Shown here: positions 24,601-39,700 of the stretch, in pieces
Numbering within the stretch: position 1 is the first letter of the stretch
Layout: every line of letters begins with the position of its first letter
From: Trichinella spiralis
Lineage: Eukaryota
DNA length: 64,000 nucleotides
NCBI RefSeq assembly: GCF_000181795.1
Contig: NW_003526941.1
Coordinates: forward strand, 2,042,232 to 2,106,231
Direction: 5' to 3'
Translations under genes and position numbers: made by a program
Notes under the pieces: generated by a model
What the model was told of the DNA's origin: nothing
Database searches by the model: none
Seen by the model: only the letters and a program-made list of their open reading frames with translations

Positions 24601-27600
24601 AAGGTAGATTAAAAGATAGATAGATAGATAGATTGATTGATAACAAAATGAATACGATTTACACAGGGCAAATAAAGAAAAGCTCACAATAGGTCACGTT
24701 GATGTGGCTGGTAAAGATTAGGAACGTCAAATCTTACGCGTTGTCTATGATGATTTTCAACTGATGCGTTTTGCAGGCTTGAATCGATCAAATATGGATT
24801 ATATGACTGTGTTTTCAAATCTGAAAAAACAAGAAAACAACAATTTTCATCTTCTACATCGACCATTCGAATAAATTGAACCGGATATTTGACTTCTCTT
24901 TCACACCTGCATCGTATTGAGCAGATTTGACGCCTGAATAAAGAGGCTCTTGATCCTGTTGTCTTCTGCTTCTTCTTCTTCTGCTGTTGAATGCCGGCTG
25001 CTGGGCTGTCATGGAACAATAGTCGCGTGTCGATGGGTAAGTTTCCATGGGGGCATCGGTGCGACAGCCGTGCAACGATAAACAATCGTTCAACGGTTCA
25101 TCGTACTTGTCGTATGGGAGCCGACTGGCTATCGGTTCCATCACTGAACTCGGTCTACAGTTGAACTCAGTAGAGGAATCCGCATACGGCATGCATTTGG
25201 CAGTGGAACGGTCCTCGCAAAGTTTGCCATACCCGTCGTCCAGTGCACTGGAGCGACGTAGAAAATCGTTGTGCAAATAGTTCGCATAATGTGACAGCAT
25301 ACTGCTAGATCGGGGCGTGTTCACCTGCTCAGTTCCTGCTTCACCTGAAAAAAAGGAAAACATTTCATCAAACGTTTCGGAAAAAAAGAAGAAAAAGACA
25401 AAGCACGCATGCATGCATGCATGAGCAATTATCAATCTACTCACCAAATCTACGGCCTCTGCTGTAACCACGAAATGAGCATTCAGGTTGAGAATCGAGC
25501 GATTCGTAAAGATTGTTCAAATAGGGCAGTGACGAACTGAGCGATCTCTGACCATCAATGAACCAAGGTTTCTGATCCCGCCAAGTCAAAGTGTCGTAAT
25601 TTGCACGATGAAACGCCGAATCTTGACCATCGGCAAACGAAGCCGTGTCCGATCTGTACAGTCGGTCGTACTTTTGATACGGTCTCAACGGATAGCTAGC
25701 AGAAAAGGAGGATGGTTCGTTGTCATAAAGGGCATTTCTTGACATTGGAGAATAATCGTACAGTCGATCGATGCGTGGAAGTGAACCGTAGTGGCCGGAA
25801 AAACGATTCGAAGAATACAACGAAGGTGTAATGTAATTGTTCAATTCCATCCCGTCGTCCATGTAGCGGTACGTAGAATCAGCTCTGTGGGGCGGCAAGT
25901 TGAACAAATCTTCATAAGAGCTGAACTTCTCTCTACGTCGCGCGATTTCACGACGAATTTTCGATCGTCTGCTTTCACGTGAAGCGAAATCATCATCAGC
26001 TGAGAAATAAGTAAACGATTTTGAATTCAAATTTCGCCACTTCTTATTTCCCTCTGAACGTCGTCTAGCCATCAAACGATCTTAATCATAATCACAAAAT
26101 ACAATTCGCAAAATATGACAACAATGAACAAACACAATATACCTTCATCAATTTCATCCGTGCTTGTCGATATTGTTCTGCAAGTTGGACCATCGCTAGT
26201 TGATACGCCTACATTTTTGTGCTTGCTCAAGAGAAGATCATCTTTTGGTTTAAATCGAACAAAATTTCCACTGTTCGTCGTTTCGGACGATTGTTGCACC
26301 GTTTGTGTACTTGCATCTTTGTATTTTTCCAAAACGTCTGACGTCTGAACGGTAAAATCGTTACGCTTGGTTTGCTAAAAAATATTAAAAAAACACACAC
26401 ACACTAAAAATGGCGATCCACAAAATTTTACAAATAGCAGTACCACTGAATCATCTTTTTTTACAAACGATTCCTTTTTGCGAACAAGTCGGCTATTATT
26501 CCACTGTTCTTCACCACCATAGCTACCGTAACGTGACGACTGGCCGTAAGAATTGCTGAATTCAGCTTTGGATGACTCTCGTTGTCGAATTGAAGATAAA
26601 TAACGCGATCGATCAAAATGCACCACACAGCCGCGTACCATTTCTGGAGACAAGCCGCATCGAACCACTGACGGTGCTGAATCAACGCCAGCCGACTGCG
26701 GATACACACCAGTAGCCATATATCGCTGCAATAAACCCTCTCATTATCAACTGCCTCAATGAACAAAAAAATACATTGGACAAAGAATTGCATTTTTCAC
26801 TTTGAAGTTTAGTTTAAAATTTCGACATTTCAATAATAAGAAGAAAAAGAAGAATATGCAACTAAAATGGTCAAAGAAATGGAATAACAATATAACATTG
26901 ATAATTGAAACAAGGTGGCTTTACTCCCAACGAACAAATTCTTCGTTGATGGGCTTTCAATTTTCGGCCGCTTCCAATTTTGTCCCAGTCGTTTGGTAAG
27001 CGGCTTCCCGCAGTTCTTGCTTGGAGTAGCACTCGGTGCAAGCGGTGGGGCGGCAGCAGACGTCGACATTGGTAGCCAGAGGCGTTGAATGCTGTGGCCG
27101 CAACGTTTGCCCAATGTTCTTCCACGAACTCGGCATGCTGATGNNNNNNNNNNAAGTCAAACAATTGAACAGCCAGCCGGTGTGTAAGAAAAATATGGCA
27201 ATAAATAATAAAATGTGCATATAGGTCGATTCGTTCAGGAAGAATGTATATTTTTACAATGGGATTGGGGGTCGTCGCTTTTTCGCATCGACGTTCGGCA
27301 ACCGAGCTGCACATAATACTTGACGAACAGCGTGTCGGATGTGTGGTCAAAGCAGACGCGCAATTTCAGCAAGCCCCCGTTGGCCAGATCCTGAGCAAGC
27401 AGTGAATTCTGAATTATATACAATAATTCAAGTGTCAATTTTTTTGCGTATCCAATCTCCTCCTATGTGTATGCTCTTAAAAGCAACAGCAATAAATAAA
27501 GGAAAAAATGAAGAGAAACAATAATTACAAAGTATAAAATTAGCACAAATATTAGCATATGTTGTACAAATGACAACGTGAAAGATATACACTGATTTCG

Positions 27601-30600
27601 GTCTTGTCCGAAGCTATTTTATTTCAGAAAACAAAGAATCTCAAAAGAATAGAATAAAGAAAAAAAACAATGACAGTATAGCGGTAGGATATTACGTGCA
27701 AAAAGCAATGGACCAGAAACAGAAGCGTGAAAAAATGAATAAATATATTAGATACACGGGCAAGGAATGGTCAGAAAGAGAAAAGCAATGTTTCTGTTTC
27801 CAAAAGTTGTTGACTGACAAAAGCAATTTTGCAAATGAAAAGAAGCTGCAGCAGACAGAAAAGTAACAACAAGTATTATCAATGATAACAACAAAATCAA
27901 CTACACCAACAACAATAATAATAATAATAATAACAGCAGTAACAAAATAAAATAAAGCATTGAAGCAGATTTGGTATTTTTGCTAGGAAGTGTTTCAGGT
28001 TACCTGCTGCTGATTCGCAGTGAAAGGTGATCGACTGCGTGGGGTGGTGCTGAAACACGGAGAAGCTTTACCAAAATCTAGCCCTTGACAATGCCTATCA
28101 TTAGCTAAACAAAAATACACCAAAACGTCAGTATTTTTGTTTCCATTTATATTCTTATTTTAGTTCATTAAAAATATAAAAGAAGGATTAAACAAATAAA
28201 ATAGAACAAAACAGAATATTTCAAAGGGAAAAGTGATTTAGAAAATACATACAGATAATAAAGTCGCAACAAAACAATTGCTTACTTTGATCGAGTCCAG
28301 TTTTTCGTTGCAATGCTAATTTGGCTAAACGAGGATGTGCCAAATTGGACAAACAGCAATCACTTTCGTAACCCTTGTCCAAACTGCTACTTGGACCTTC
28401 TTCCAAACGATACACTTGATTTAAATTGGCATCGCTGAAATAAATATTAACAACAAAACAAATAATGAATAATAAAGCGGCTGAAGTGAATAAAAATACA
28501 CCGCACCTTCGTAGAACAATCTCAAATTCCCCTTCTGTATTGTCAATAATCGATTGAACTTCTTCGTAAGTTTTGCCTGTCAACTTTATGCCATTCCATT
28601 CCAATATTTGATCGCCTAATAATAATAATAATAATAATAATATAATCAATGAAAACAGCAATGAAATTATATTACCTTCTTTCACTTCTTCCATCAAGTC
28701 TACCAAACCACCTTTATACACAGCAGCCACGTAAGCAACTAATTCGCCGTCAGAACCAGGTAAAATTTTACCACCAATAACACGCATACCTATGCCATGA
28801 CCTGAAACAAAAATGAATTTGTTTGAAGTAGAATTGAATTTCCAGTTCCAAACAAGCAACATACCGGAACGATCACGAACGTCGCGCACAAGCAACAGCC
28901 GTTTGATATTAGCCGACAATGGAGATGAAGCCTGACGAAAAATCGACTTACCCTCCTCTAGCAAAATTTGTGACGATGCCTAGAAATGGAAAAAAACGCC
29001 CGCTTCAGTGCTTCTCTTTGTTCACATGAAAGGCATAAACTGAAAAAGTTCATCCGGCTAAATTTTGGCACGTTTTCTTTTCCACCCTCTTTTTTCAAAG
29101 CTCAATTTCCCTCTGCTGATAGTTGCCGCCGCAAATTCACATTACATTCTTTATTTTCTCTTAAACCTTCTTTCATTCCATTATTAAATGAAAACGCGTT
29201 TTATTTAAATCTAATTCGCTCTATGATACAAACAACCAGTCAAAATCACCAATTTGTATAAGTGAAGAGATTATTTCAGAAAAAAGAAGAGAATGATTTT
29301 TCTAAAAATAAAACTTATTAATGGAAATATAGCATTTGCATAGTCATGCTGCAGAATTAAATAAATTGCAAACAAATAAGCAGAAATTCTGAAAACAAAG
29401 CAAATAGAAATAGAAGGTAGATTAAAAGATAGATAGATTGATAGATTGATAACAAAATGAATACGATTTACACAGGGCAAATAAAGAAAAGCTCACAATA
29501 GGTCACGTTGATGTGGCTGGTAAAGATTAGGAACGTCAAATCTTACGCGTTGTCTATGATGATTTTCAACTGATGCGTTTTGCAGGCTTGAATCGATCAA
29601 ATATGGATTATATGACTGTGTTTTCAAATCTGAAAAAACAAGAAAACAACAATTTTCATCTTCTACATCGACCATTCGAATAAATTGAACCGGATATTTG
29701 ACTTCTCTTTCACACCTGCATCGTATTGAGCAGATTTGACGCCTGAATAAAGAGGCTCTTGATCCTGTTGTCTTCTGCTTCTTCTTCTTCTGCTGTTGAA
29801 TGCCGGCTGCTGGGCTGTCATGGAACAATAGTCGCGTGTCGATGGGTAAGTTTCCATGGGGGCATCGGTGCGACAGCCGTGCAACGATAAACAATCGTTC
29901 AACGGTTCATCGTACTTGCCGTATGGGAGCCGACTGGCTATCGGTTCCATTACTGAACTCGGTCTACAGTTGAACTCAGTAGAGGAATCCGCATACGGCA
30001 TGCATTTGGCAGTGGAACGGTCCTCGCAAAGGTTGCCATACCCGTCGTCCAGTGCACTGGAGCGACGTAGAAAATCGTTGTGCAAATAGTTCGCATAATG
30101 TGACAGCATACTGCTAGATCGGGGCGTGTTCACCTGCTCAGTTCCTGCTTCACCTGAAAAAAAGGAAAACATTTCATCAAACGTTTCGGAAAAAAAGAAG
30201 AAAAAGACAAAGCACGCATGCATGCATGCATGAGCAATTATCAATCTACTCACCAAATCTACGGCCTCTGCTGTAACCACGAAATGAGCATTCAGGTTGA
30301 GAATCGAGCGATTCGTAAAGATTGTTCAAATAGGGCAGTGACGAACTGAGCGATCTCTGACCATCAATGAACCAAGGTTTCTGATCCCGCCAAGTCAAAG
30401 TGCCGTAATTTGCACGATGAAACGCCGAATCTTGACCATCGGCAAACGAAGCCGTGTCTGATCTGTACAGTCGGTCGTACTTTTGATACGGTCTCAACGG
30501 ATAGCTAGCAGAAAAGGAGGATGGTTCGTTGTCATAAAGGGCATTTCTTGACATTGGAGAATAATCGTACAGTCGATCGATGCGTGGAAGTGAACCGTAG

Positions 30601-33600
30601 TGGCCGGAAAAACGATTCGAAGAATACAACGAAGGTGTAATGTAATTGTTCAATTCCATCCCGTCGTCCATGTAGCGGTACGTAGAATCAGCTCTGTGGG
30701 GCGGCAAGTTGAACAAATCTTCATAAGAGCTGAACTTCTCTCTACGTCGCGCGATTTCACGACGAATTTTCGATCGTCTGCTTTCACGTGAAGCGAAATC
30801 ATCATCAGCTGAGAAATAAGTAAACGATTTTGAATTCAAATTTCGCCACTTCATATTTCCCTCTGAACGACGTCTAGCCATCAAACGATCTTAATCATAA
30901 TCACAAAATACAATTCGCAAAATACGACAACAATGAACAAACACAATATACCTTCATCAATTTCATCCGTGCTTGTCGATATTGTTCTGCAAGTTGGATC
31001 ATCGCTAGTTGATACGCCTACATTTTTGTGCTTGCTCAAGAGAAGATCATCTTTTGGTTTAAATCGAACAAAATTTCCACTGTTCGTCGTTTCGGACGAT
31101 TGTTGCACCGTTTGTGTACTTGCATCTTTGTATTTTTCCAAAACGTCTGACGTCTGAACGGTAAAATCGTTACGCTTGGTTTGCTAAAAAATATTAAAAA
31201 AACACACACACACTAAAAATGGCGATCCACAAAATTTTACAAATAGCAGTACCACTGAATCATCTTTTTTTACAAACGATTCCTTTTTGCGAACAAGTCG
31301 GCTATTATTCCACTGTTCTTCACCACTATAGCTACCGTAACGTGACGACTGGCCGTAAGAATTGCTGAATTCAGCTTTGGATGACTCTCGTTGTCGAATT
31401 GAAGATAAATAACGCGATCGATCAAAATGCACCACACAGCCGCGTACCATTTCTGGAGACAAGCCGCATCGAACCACTGACGGTGCTGAATCAACGCCAG
31501 CCGACTGCGGATACACACCAGTAGCCATATATCGCTGCAATAAACCCTCTCATTATCAACTGCCTCAATGAACAAAAAAATACATTGGACAAAGAATTGC
31601 ATTTTTCACTTTGAAGTTTAGTTTAAAATTTCGACATTTCAATAATAAGAAGAAAAAGAAGAATATGCAACTAAAATGGTCAAAGAAATGGAATAACAAT
31701 ATAACATTGATAATTGAACAAGTGGCTTACTCCAACGACAAATTCTCGTTGATTGGCTTCAATTTCGGCCGCTTCCAATTTGTCCAGTCGTTTGGTAAGC
31801 GCTTCACGCAGTTCTTGCTTGAGTAGCACTCGTGCAAGCGTGGGCGGCAGCAGACGTCGACAATTGGTAGCCAGAGGCGTTGAATGCTGTGGCCGCAACG
31901 TTTGCCCAATGTTCTTCCACGAACTCGGCATGCTGATGACATTGTTGTAACTGCTTCCGCCAGTGATACCAGTGATGCCACTGCCGTTGGCCGTTGTCGT
32001 TGAAGAGCACACCGGTCCGGCCGACCAGATAATGTTGCACAACTGTTCGTCAACATCCTGAACAATACATTGTATTATTCTTTATTTTTCGCCTCAAATC
32101 GAATGGATTTTTTTTCACCTGTTGGTGTCGGTTGGAGGCAATTTTTGGTATATTCGGCAGTTTGCGGCGACCCATTTCACCGGGTGATGATTGGGCAAAG
32201 AATAGCCGTTCATTCTAAAAAAATTCATTAAAAAATGTTTATTATAAAAAAAGAAAAAAAGTATTTCAAAAACATCTTGTTCTGGCTTAAAAATCTATAA
32301 TAAAATCTATCATTTTAGTCAGAGCAGCTCCAGGTTTTCCTCTTACATTTGCATGATAGGAATAATGCAATTAATAATGTGCAATTTTTTCCCTTTCATA
32401 TGCAATAATAACGACAAAATAATAATAATAAGCGTTTTGCAAAACGATAAGTTTAGCCGAACGACGTGACCTACCCAGCTGTGAAAAGCAGCGCCGTGCA
32501 CAATCGATGGAATTGAACAATTGTTGTTACCCTCTCTTTACACATATATAAATATATATATATATATCTTTCTTCCCCAAGCTGGCGCGAACTTTTCACA
32601 ACGAAGCTGCAACAGCAAAAACTAGGCGAAAAAAAAATCAATCCTGCACACAATTAACTAACGGCAAACCGTTGTGAATCAAAGAAAACGATCTCTGGCG
32701 TTTGTGAAAACAAGAAAAACACTTTAATTTTTAGGGAAAGTTCATCTGCTGCTTACTTGAGAAAAGCAGTCAGCAGTCGTGTGAAATTTGAAAAATAATC
32801 AAATCTAATTATTCATCAATTATAGAAATCAGATGGATTTAGAAATTCATGAACAAATCACTGCCGTCATTAACACTTTCAAGTAGATTAATAATCCACA
32901 ATTAAATAAATTTCAAATCAAACAAGATATATATATATATATATATAGTGGACAGTTGCAGAGTAGGAATTGCTAAATGAGAGAAAAAGTGCCACAAAGT
33001 GAGTGAAATGTTATGTTAAACATCAAACAACAATCAATAAGCCGAAGTTAAAAGTGTCAAATTGTGTAGCCGTTGAAATCGATAAAATGACACAGGCGGA
33101 AGTAGATATCAGCCACAGGTACAATTTCCACTTCATTTGCCCTCTCTCCCTCTCTTGTCTTTAATTTCAATCTTGACTTTACACAATAACACTTGATACT
33201 TACTGGATATTAAAGTAAATTACAATCATTAGCTGTTATTTCAATTATCCACAAAAATGCACATCTTCGTCAAAAAAAACAAAACTCGCCCCTTTTTCTA
33301 TTAGAAAATCATTTGAAAAAATACCCAAATAATACAACAAATAATTGTATTCTTATCAAATATGAATAATAAAATGGAAATAAGAATATAAATGAAATTA
33401 AATTAAAATAAGATAAACATTTGAAAATAACTTTGAAATGAAAAAAAAATTACGAATGATATATAAAGAACAAAGATGAGTGAAAGTAAAGACGAATGAT
33501 GAGGGGTTGGATGAATGAAGTATGAATAAGAAAATTCTCTTTTTTGAAGTCAATTACCACACTGTGTGCTATTGTAAAAATGCATGCGAATAAATTTGTA

Positions 33601-36600
33601 CAAGAAATTAAAATTAAATACATACCAGAAATGTTTTGCCAGATTGCAGAGTATCGCCGCAGGAGGTGGAGGAGACGACTTTGGTCGGCGTTGGAATCGC
33701 AGAATCGATCAGACGAGACGACGGGTACGATGTCGACGAACATGCGGTCAAAGCAGACGTTGGTGTCGATTGTAGCGCCGTCTGCAAACTACCAGCCCGC
33801 AAATCGGTTTCGTTTTTGATACAGTTGAGCAACATTGCCGGTGAACGTTTCAAACGTGAAACAAACGGACCTGTGCCCGAACATTCGACCACAGCCTCGT
33901 CATCATCTGCTTCATTTGTTGTTATTAGTGTCGTTGCTGGTGCTGTTGTTGCCGTTGTACAGAGCGTGGTGGCGGCAGAATACAGCGGCAAACGGCTGCT
34001 TGGATCCGAAACATCCATATCAACCGTCCGAACAACTGGCAGAGCAAAACTGACCGCCACAGTGGAAGACGAGGGTGTGTCCGACTTCTTCTGCCCGGCC
34101 AGTATCGTCCAAGTGCTGCTGCTGCTGCTGCTGTGAACCGGCTTGAAAGCGGTACCGTTCAAGCTGCCACTGACCATTGAATCGTTCACATCAGTGGACA
34201 GTGGAACGTCAGCGCTGTGACGCCTGCCGCCTGTCGGTTTGTTAGATGTTTCTTGGTGGATCGATTTTTCAATTTTGGCATCTCTAAAATCAAGCGCCGC
34301 TTTTCAAATTTCACAAAACAGAAAAAAGGAACAAGATCCAAAATTAGATACTGTTCACATTTTGAACTAAGAAGTTCAATTAATTTAAAAAGAATCCATA
34401 ACATAATAATAATAATAATTCGACCTGTGAACAATCATCATTGGAGCAAAGAAAAAAATAAAATAATCAAACAACGCATCACAGAGGATGATGGTATTGG
34501 TGTATTCGTTGTTCCAAACGATAAGGTTCTTGTAGGATTATATTAAAAAATGCAATTGAATAAGTAATAATGACCAATAAGTAGACAACAAAAATACATC
34601 AAAATTGGAAAAAAACAGTCCCATATAACATCTGTTATTAATTTACTCGCAATTCTGCAGCTGTCAAGCCCATTTCGTTTGAATTCTTTTGAAAAAAATC
34701 GATAAAGTTGTGAAGTATTCATCAATGTGTGCTGTTGTTTTTATACACAAAAGTATTGAAAAGTGCTTTTCTCCTGTTTTGACAAAAAGGAAAACAAACA
34801 ATAAATTATCTCCAATCAAGAAAAATTGTTTGTCTAAAGGGATGTCTGAAAGTTGAAGCTAGCTAACTAGCTAATCGATCCAAACAAACGACAAAACGCG
34901 TACACAAAACCAAGCCTATCTATCCATCTGCTTTGTTGTGTTGCAGTAATGAATCAATCTCACATCATTCAGTCATGATATTTCTCCTCCATAAATAACA
35001 TAAGGTTATATAATGAAATAAAATTCTACAAAAATAGATGATTCAAAATAGAAAACGCTATATGCATCTGATGATGATGATAACATTGTTGTAAACGAAT
35101 AAAAAATGATAATTTCAACAAACAATCTCACCTTGAAATCGAATATTGGCTCGGCGGAGGAGGAGGTGGAGCTATTCGAACTGGCTTTGGTGTGAAAGTG
35201 CTGTTACTTTGTTGCACTGCTGTTAGTGTATGCGACTTGCTAGCAGTGATTGAAGTTGTAGTTGTAGAGGTGGTTGAAGTCGCAAAAAAATGTTGTACAA
35301 GAACATCAGAACTCACGGTCGAAGTCAATTGTTCAGTGCTTGCATTGCCGGAAGTTTGCATCTGTTGAGCGGGACGATCAAGACCAACATAACTGTTTGG
35401 CAGAGGAGAAGAAAAGCTGGTCAGCTGTGATTTCGACGATGAACTGCTAAGCGTGGATGACCGAGAGGCAGAAATTGCTGAAACATCTACTGTTAAACAT
35501 CTTTCGATTGACCACAATGCATTTCAATCAATATCGACATTAAACCAATATTATTAATATTAACTTGTCTGATATGACGCTGTAACCGAAAAAGTATACG
35601 CATTCTCACAAGTGATATAAGTTCTAAAATGAAGCTATTCAAAATATATTTCTCATTCTTTCGTATGCATAAAACTCGCATTGTTTTATAATAAACAGCA
35701 TTCACTATATATTGATTATGTAAAAACAATAATGTAAATTTAAAAGATAATAATGCAATTATTGCATTATTATACGAATAATGCAAATTATAAAATTTCA
35801 CTACCTGCCATATATGCAGTTTTATTTTTACCATCTTGATTAAGCTCCATGACTTCTTCGTCATCTTCCAAAATTGTGTAAACAGGTCCAGGGCGATGGA
35901 TATAAAATGGTTGTGTATTGTAATAGCGCATCGCCTAAACATGAAAAACACAACAGAAACAATATTTCATATGCAGTTGCTGTTGAATAAAAATCAGCAA
36001 AAGGAAAAAAGTCAATGCCAACCAACCTGCGCATAGTCTATCGAATCTTCTTGGGCATTATTGCTGTTAGTACTTTGACAACTCTGCTCTGGTGGAACAA
36101 TTTTGCCAAATATTTCCTCGCCTATGCTGAGTTGAACATCACTGGGAGAAGCTAAATAATATTCACATTTAATTCAAAGAACAAAAAGAACCACTTAAAT
36201 ATTTATTCACTTTCACCTTGTTCGGTTAATTTTTCAAAAGTCGGCGACTGCCCTACGCTTATTGGTACGGTTTTGAACGGATCCGTTTCAAAATTTCCTT
36301 TATCAAAATGTCCGGTGTGTTGATCATGATGATCGACTTTCCTAATTCAAATAAAATTAATAATTTTCAAACCACAAGTTTCAAAAAAAATAGAAATTGC
36401 TCATTCAGTTTCATTTCAATTCTTACCCCTCGTGCTTAGTATCGTCACACTGATCGAAATTATTCATAAAATGTTTTTCAATATCTCGAAACACTTTATA
36501 GCATTGTTTGGAATTGCTGGTAGAAAATTCTTGATCAAAATCGAGCTGCTTCACTGGCGACGAGGGTACTTCAATGACCACGTCCGGATAACTGTCAGAA

Positions 36601-36726
36601 GAATCACTAGCTTGATCGGAAATATCCGAATCAACTTCCTGTAATGAAACGTGTAACGTGAGAAGAACAGTTAGAGCGTCGTTAATTGATAAATTGCATT
36701 TCAAACTAGCAACGCAATACTATTTT

Positions 36727-36761
<35 letters not shown>

Positions 36762-39700
36762 TTATTTATTTATTTATTTATTAAAATTTTTATTTGTTTA
36801 TCACGACTGAGCTGCTCATGATAATTGATCTACCGATCACATTTTACATGGAACAGCCACTAACAGCTCAACTATAATCACCGACTGCTTTCGCATCCAT
36901 AAAATAACTATTTAATGAAATTGCTAAAAATTTCAAATTCAATAACTTTAAATTGAGTGCAATTAATTACACAACTAACAAAAAAAATAAAACATCATAG
37001 CAAGAAGAGAAAAAGCTCCATACCTGAGATTTTTCAAACGTCAGTTTCGAATTATCATCTTCAGAAATGGCTTTTGATTTCGTCGCTATAAAAATATCCA
37101 ATTACTGAACCAATAAACGCAAAATGCATATGCATCGCGATCGGGCATTACCATCACAATACCAGCGACCATTGGTTTCGGCAATATTTGAATCGCATAT
37201 GCCACATAACCATACTTTGCGCTAAATTATAAACATTTAAACAATAATTTTTATACATTACAACTGAAAAACATCGTTTGTTATAAAATTACTGCATGCA
37301 TATCATATTATTTTATATGCAACAACTTCTTCATGAACAAACACTCTAATCAAAAAGAAAAACAAAAGAAATGAAGCAATGAGTAACTGGATTATATAAT
37401 TACCCCATTTTGTTCGACAACATGACCACATTTCGAACACACAGTCAAACCACAGTTGCCGCATGGCTGACCATTGATGCTAACGCCATCAGGACGTACG
37501 TGGACTTCGGCCATCTGGCATAATGGACACATCTGCCAATCCTCGACTGAATCTGCTGATTGATTATTTTGCAACAAAAATTCAGATTCAATTTCTCTAA
37601 AAAATGAATAAATAAACAACCAATGCAAATCATATGCATAAAAAAAGAAACATAAAGAAGTACGTTATTCTTTTTTGGGCATCTTCGTCGAACTGTTCGC
37701 TGGATACCTCACTGCTGTCGTACATTTGCGTGCATGCTGACGAGTCCGGTGCAGAATCTTCAACGGTGAACAATTTTGTAATTTCATCTGCACCACTGGT
37801 CGCTATGGACTGTTGCGGTGGATATTTCAAAGGTGTCGACTCGCTAGGCAGAGGTAGGGTTTCAACTTCTTCAATTTTAGGAGTGGAATCCTTGCCCGCT
37901 TGGGATATTTCTTGGGGCCCATCTATTTCTCCGAACAGTTGCTGCGATTGTAGAGGCTCAGAAGACCAGAAACTCTGTTCAGCGATCAAATGGAACTTTT
38001 CCTGCTCGCCTGGTTCAACTTTTTCCACAATGTCCAACTGGCGCTTTTGGCCGCTGACGTGAAACGATTTTGTCAACTGATCATCAGCTAAAATTAGAAC
38101 AAAATGAAAAATGAGAAAGCAAAGTAATTTTTTTTCTTCAGATAAATTAATGAAATTTTCCAATGCATTAGGAAAATGTTCATCTACTAAAATCGTTAAC
38201 CTTGTTCGACAATCACAGAAGTAATCAACCTCTGCGAAAAAATGCCATCTTCGATGAACGGGTTGATCCTCCGTCTGGGACTTAGCGGAGCTTTCACCGT
38301 ATCAACGCCCAATTTACGACTGCTGTCGTAGGTGATCAGGAACTGAGCCCCGTCACTTCCCACTCTGTAAAATTCATCTTCCGGACTGCAACGGCTACTG
38401 TATCCTGTGTCTTCGGTCGAATCACTGTTACAGGATACGCGAAACGTGTTCGAAACCACGGGACTAGGCTGAATTCCCTTTTTGCCAACAACCGTTGCCG
38501 CCGTTGATTTCATCATAGCCTATAAAATTATTGAAAATCAGAATAAACAAAGAAAACGGTAAATCGCATTAGTTGAAATCAAATCCACTTTTGGTGGATG
38601 AAAAACAATGTTTTAATTATTTAACTAAATTATTAAATAAAAGTTATGATTGAATTTTGAAAAATTTTCAAAAAAAAGCATAATCATTCAGAACATTATG
38701 TTATGATATTGAAAAGTTGAATTATGGAAATTTTCAGCAAGACGACCTACGAAACAATTTTTGCACAAGCAACATTCAAGTGTACATCATAGATTGCACG
38801 ATATTTGCATATGATTGTGATAAATATGAAAATATTTGCAGTTTCGACGTTTGCAAAGAGTATAATGCCGGCTCAAAACAAAACAATCTCCTCCAGACAA
38901 TAATTTGAAGAAAAGAAAGAAAAATTAAGATTAAAAATTAATACGCTGCGCCCAATTCTGCTTTTATTATTATTAGACCACAGCTACATTTTGTGCATTT
39001 TGCTAAGCGAGTGTGCAACGAACGAAGAGAGAAATTCGCTGCTGTTTCAACAATTATTGGTGTCGATTCGACAGCAAACCGCAACCAATGCCTACAGAAT
39101 CAATGCAAAATAAGCAAAAAAAAGCCAACTTACCGAACTGTTGTTGTTGTTGTCAGCTTTATCGACTTCCAATGCCGACCATTGGTCAGATGACTTGTTG
39201 CTGTTAGCCAAAGCGTTGTCGGCATTGATGGCCGACGACGAGGGTGATTTTGGTGGAACTGTACACGGCTGGTTGTTGCTGTTGAATGAATCTTGAGACA
39301 TGGAGACGACGCTGGATGAGGAGAAGGACGAGGCGACCGAATCGGTTGCCTTTTTCAAAGCAGCTTCAGTGCTTTTCTTGACCGACGTGGCGAAGCTGGA
39401 AAAATCGACCTTCGGCCGGCTGAACAAGCCACCGAAATTTTTCAACGATTTTCCACCAAAGCCGTCCAACGTTGCAGATGCTATTTTATTTGCAGATTGG
39501 AGCTTAGCTTGCGACGCTGCCGGCATGCTGAACGGTTGTTTGACAGAGCGACTAGTCGTTTCTGTTAGGGAACGTCTGGTTTGACGTTCAATTACTGCAC
39601 TCGATGCAGCAACGGCAATATTGGATATTCCAAAGCTGTCAGCATGGTCGGCTACAGTTGCAAATGTTTTTTCCGCTTGTGAAATAATTTTCTCATCCAC

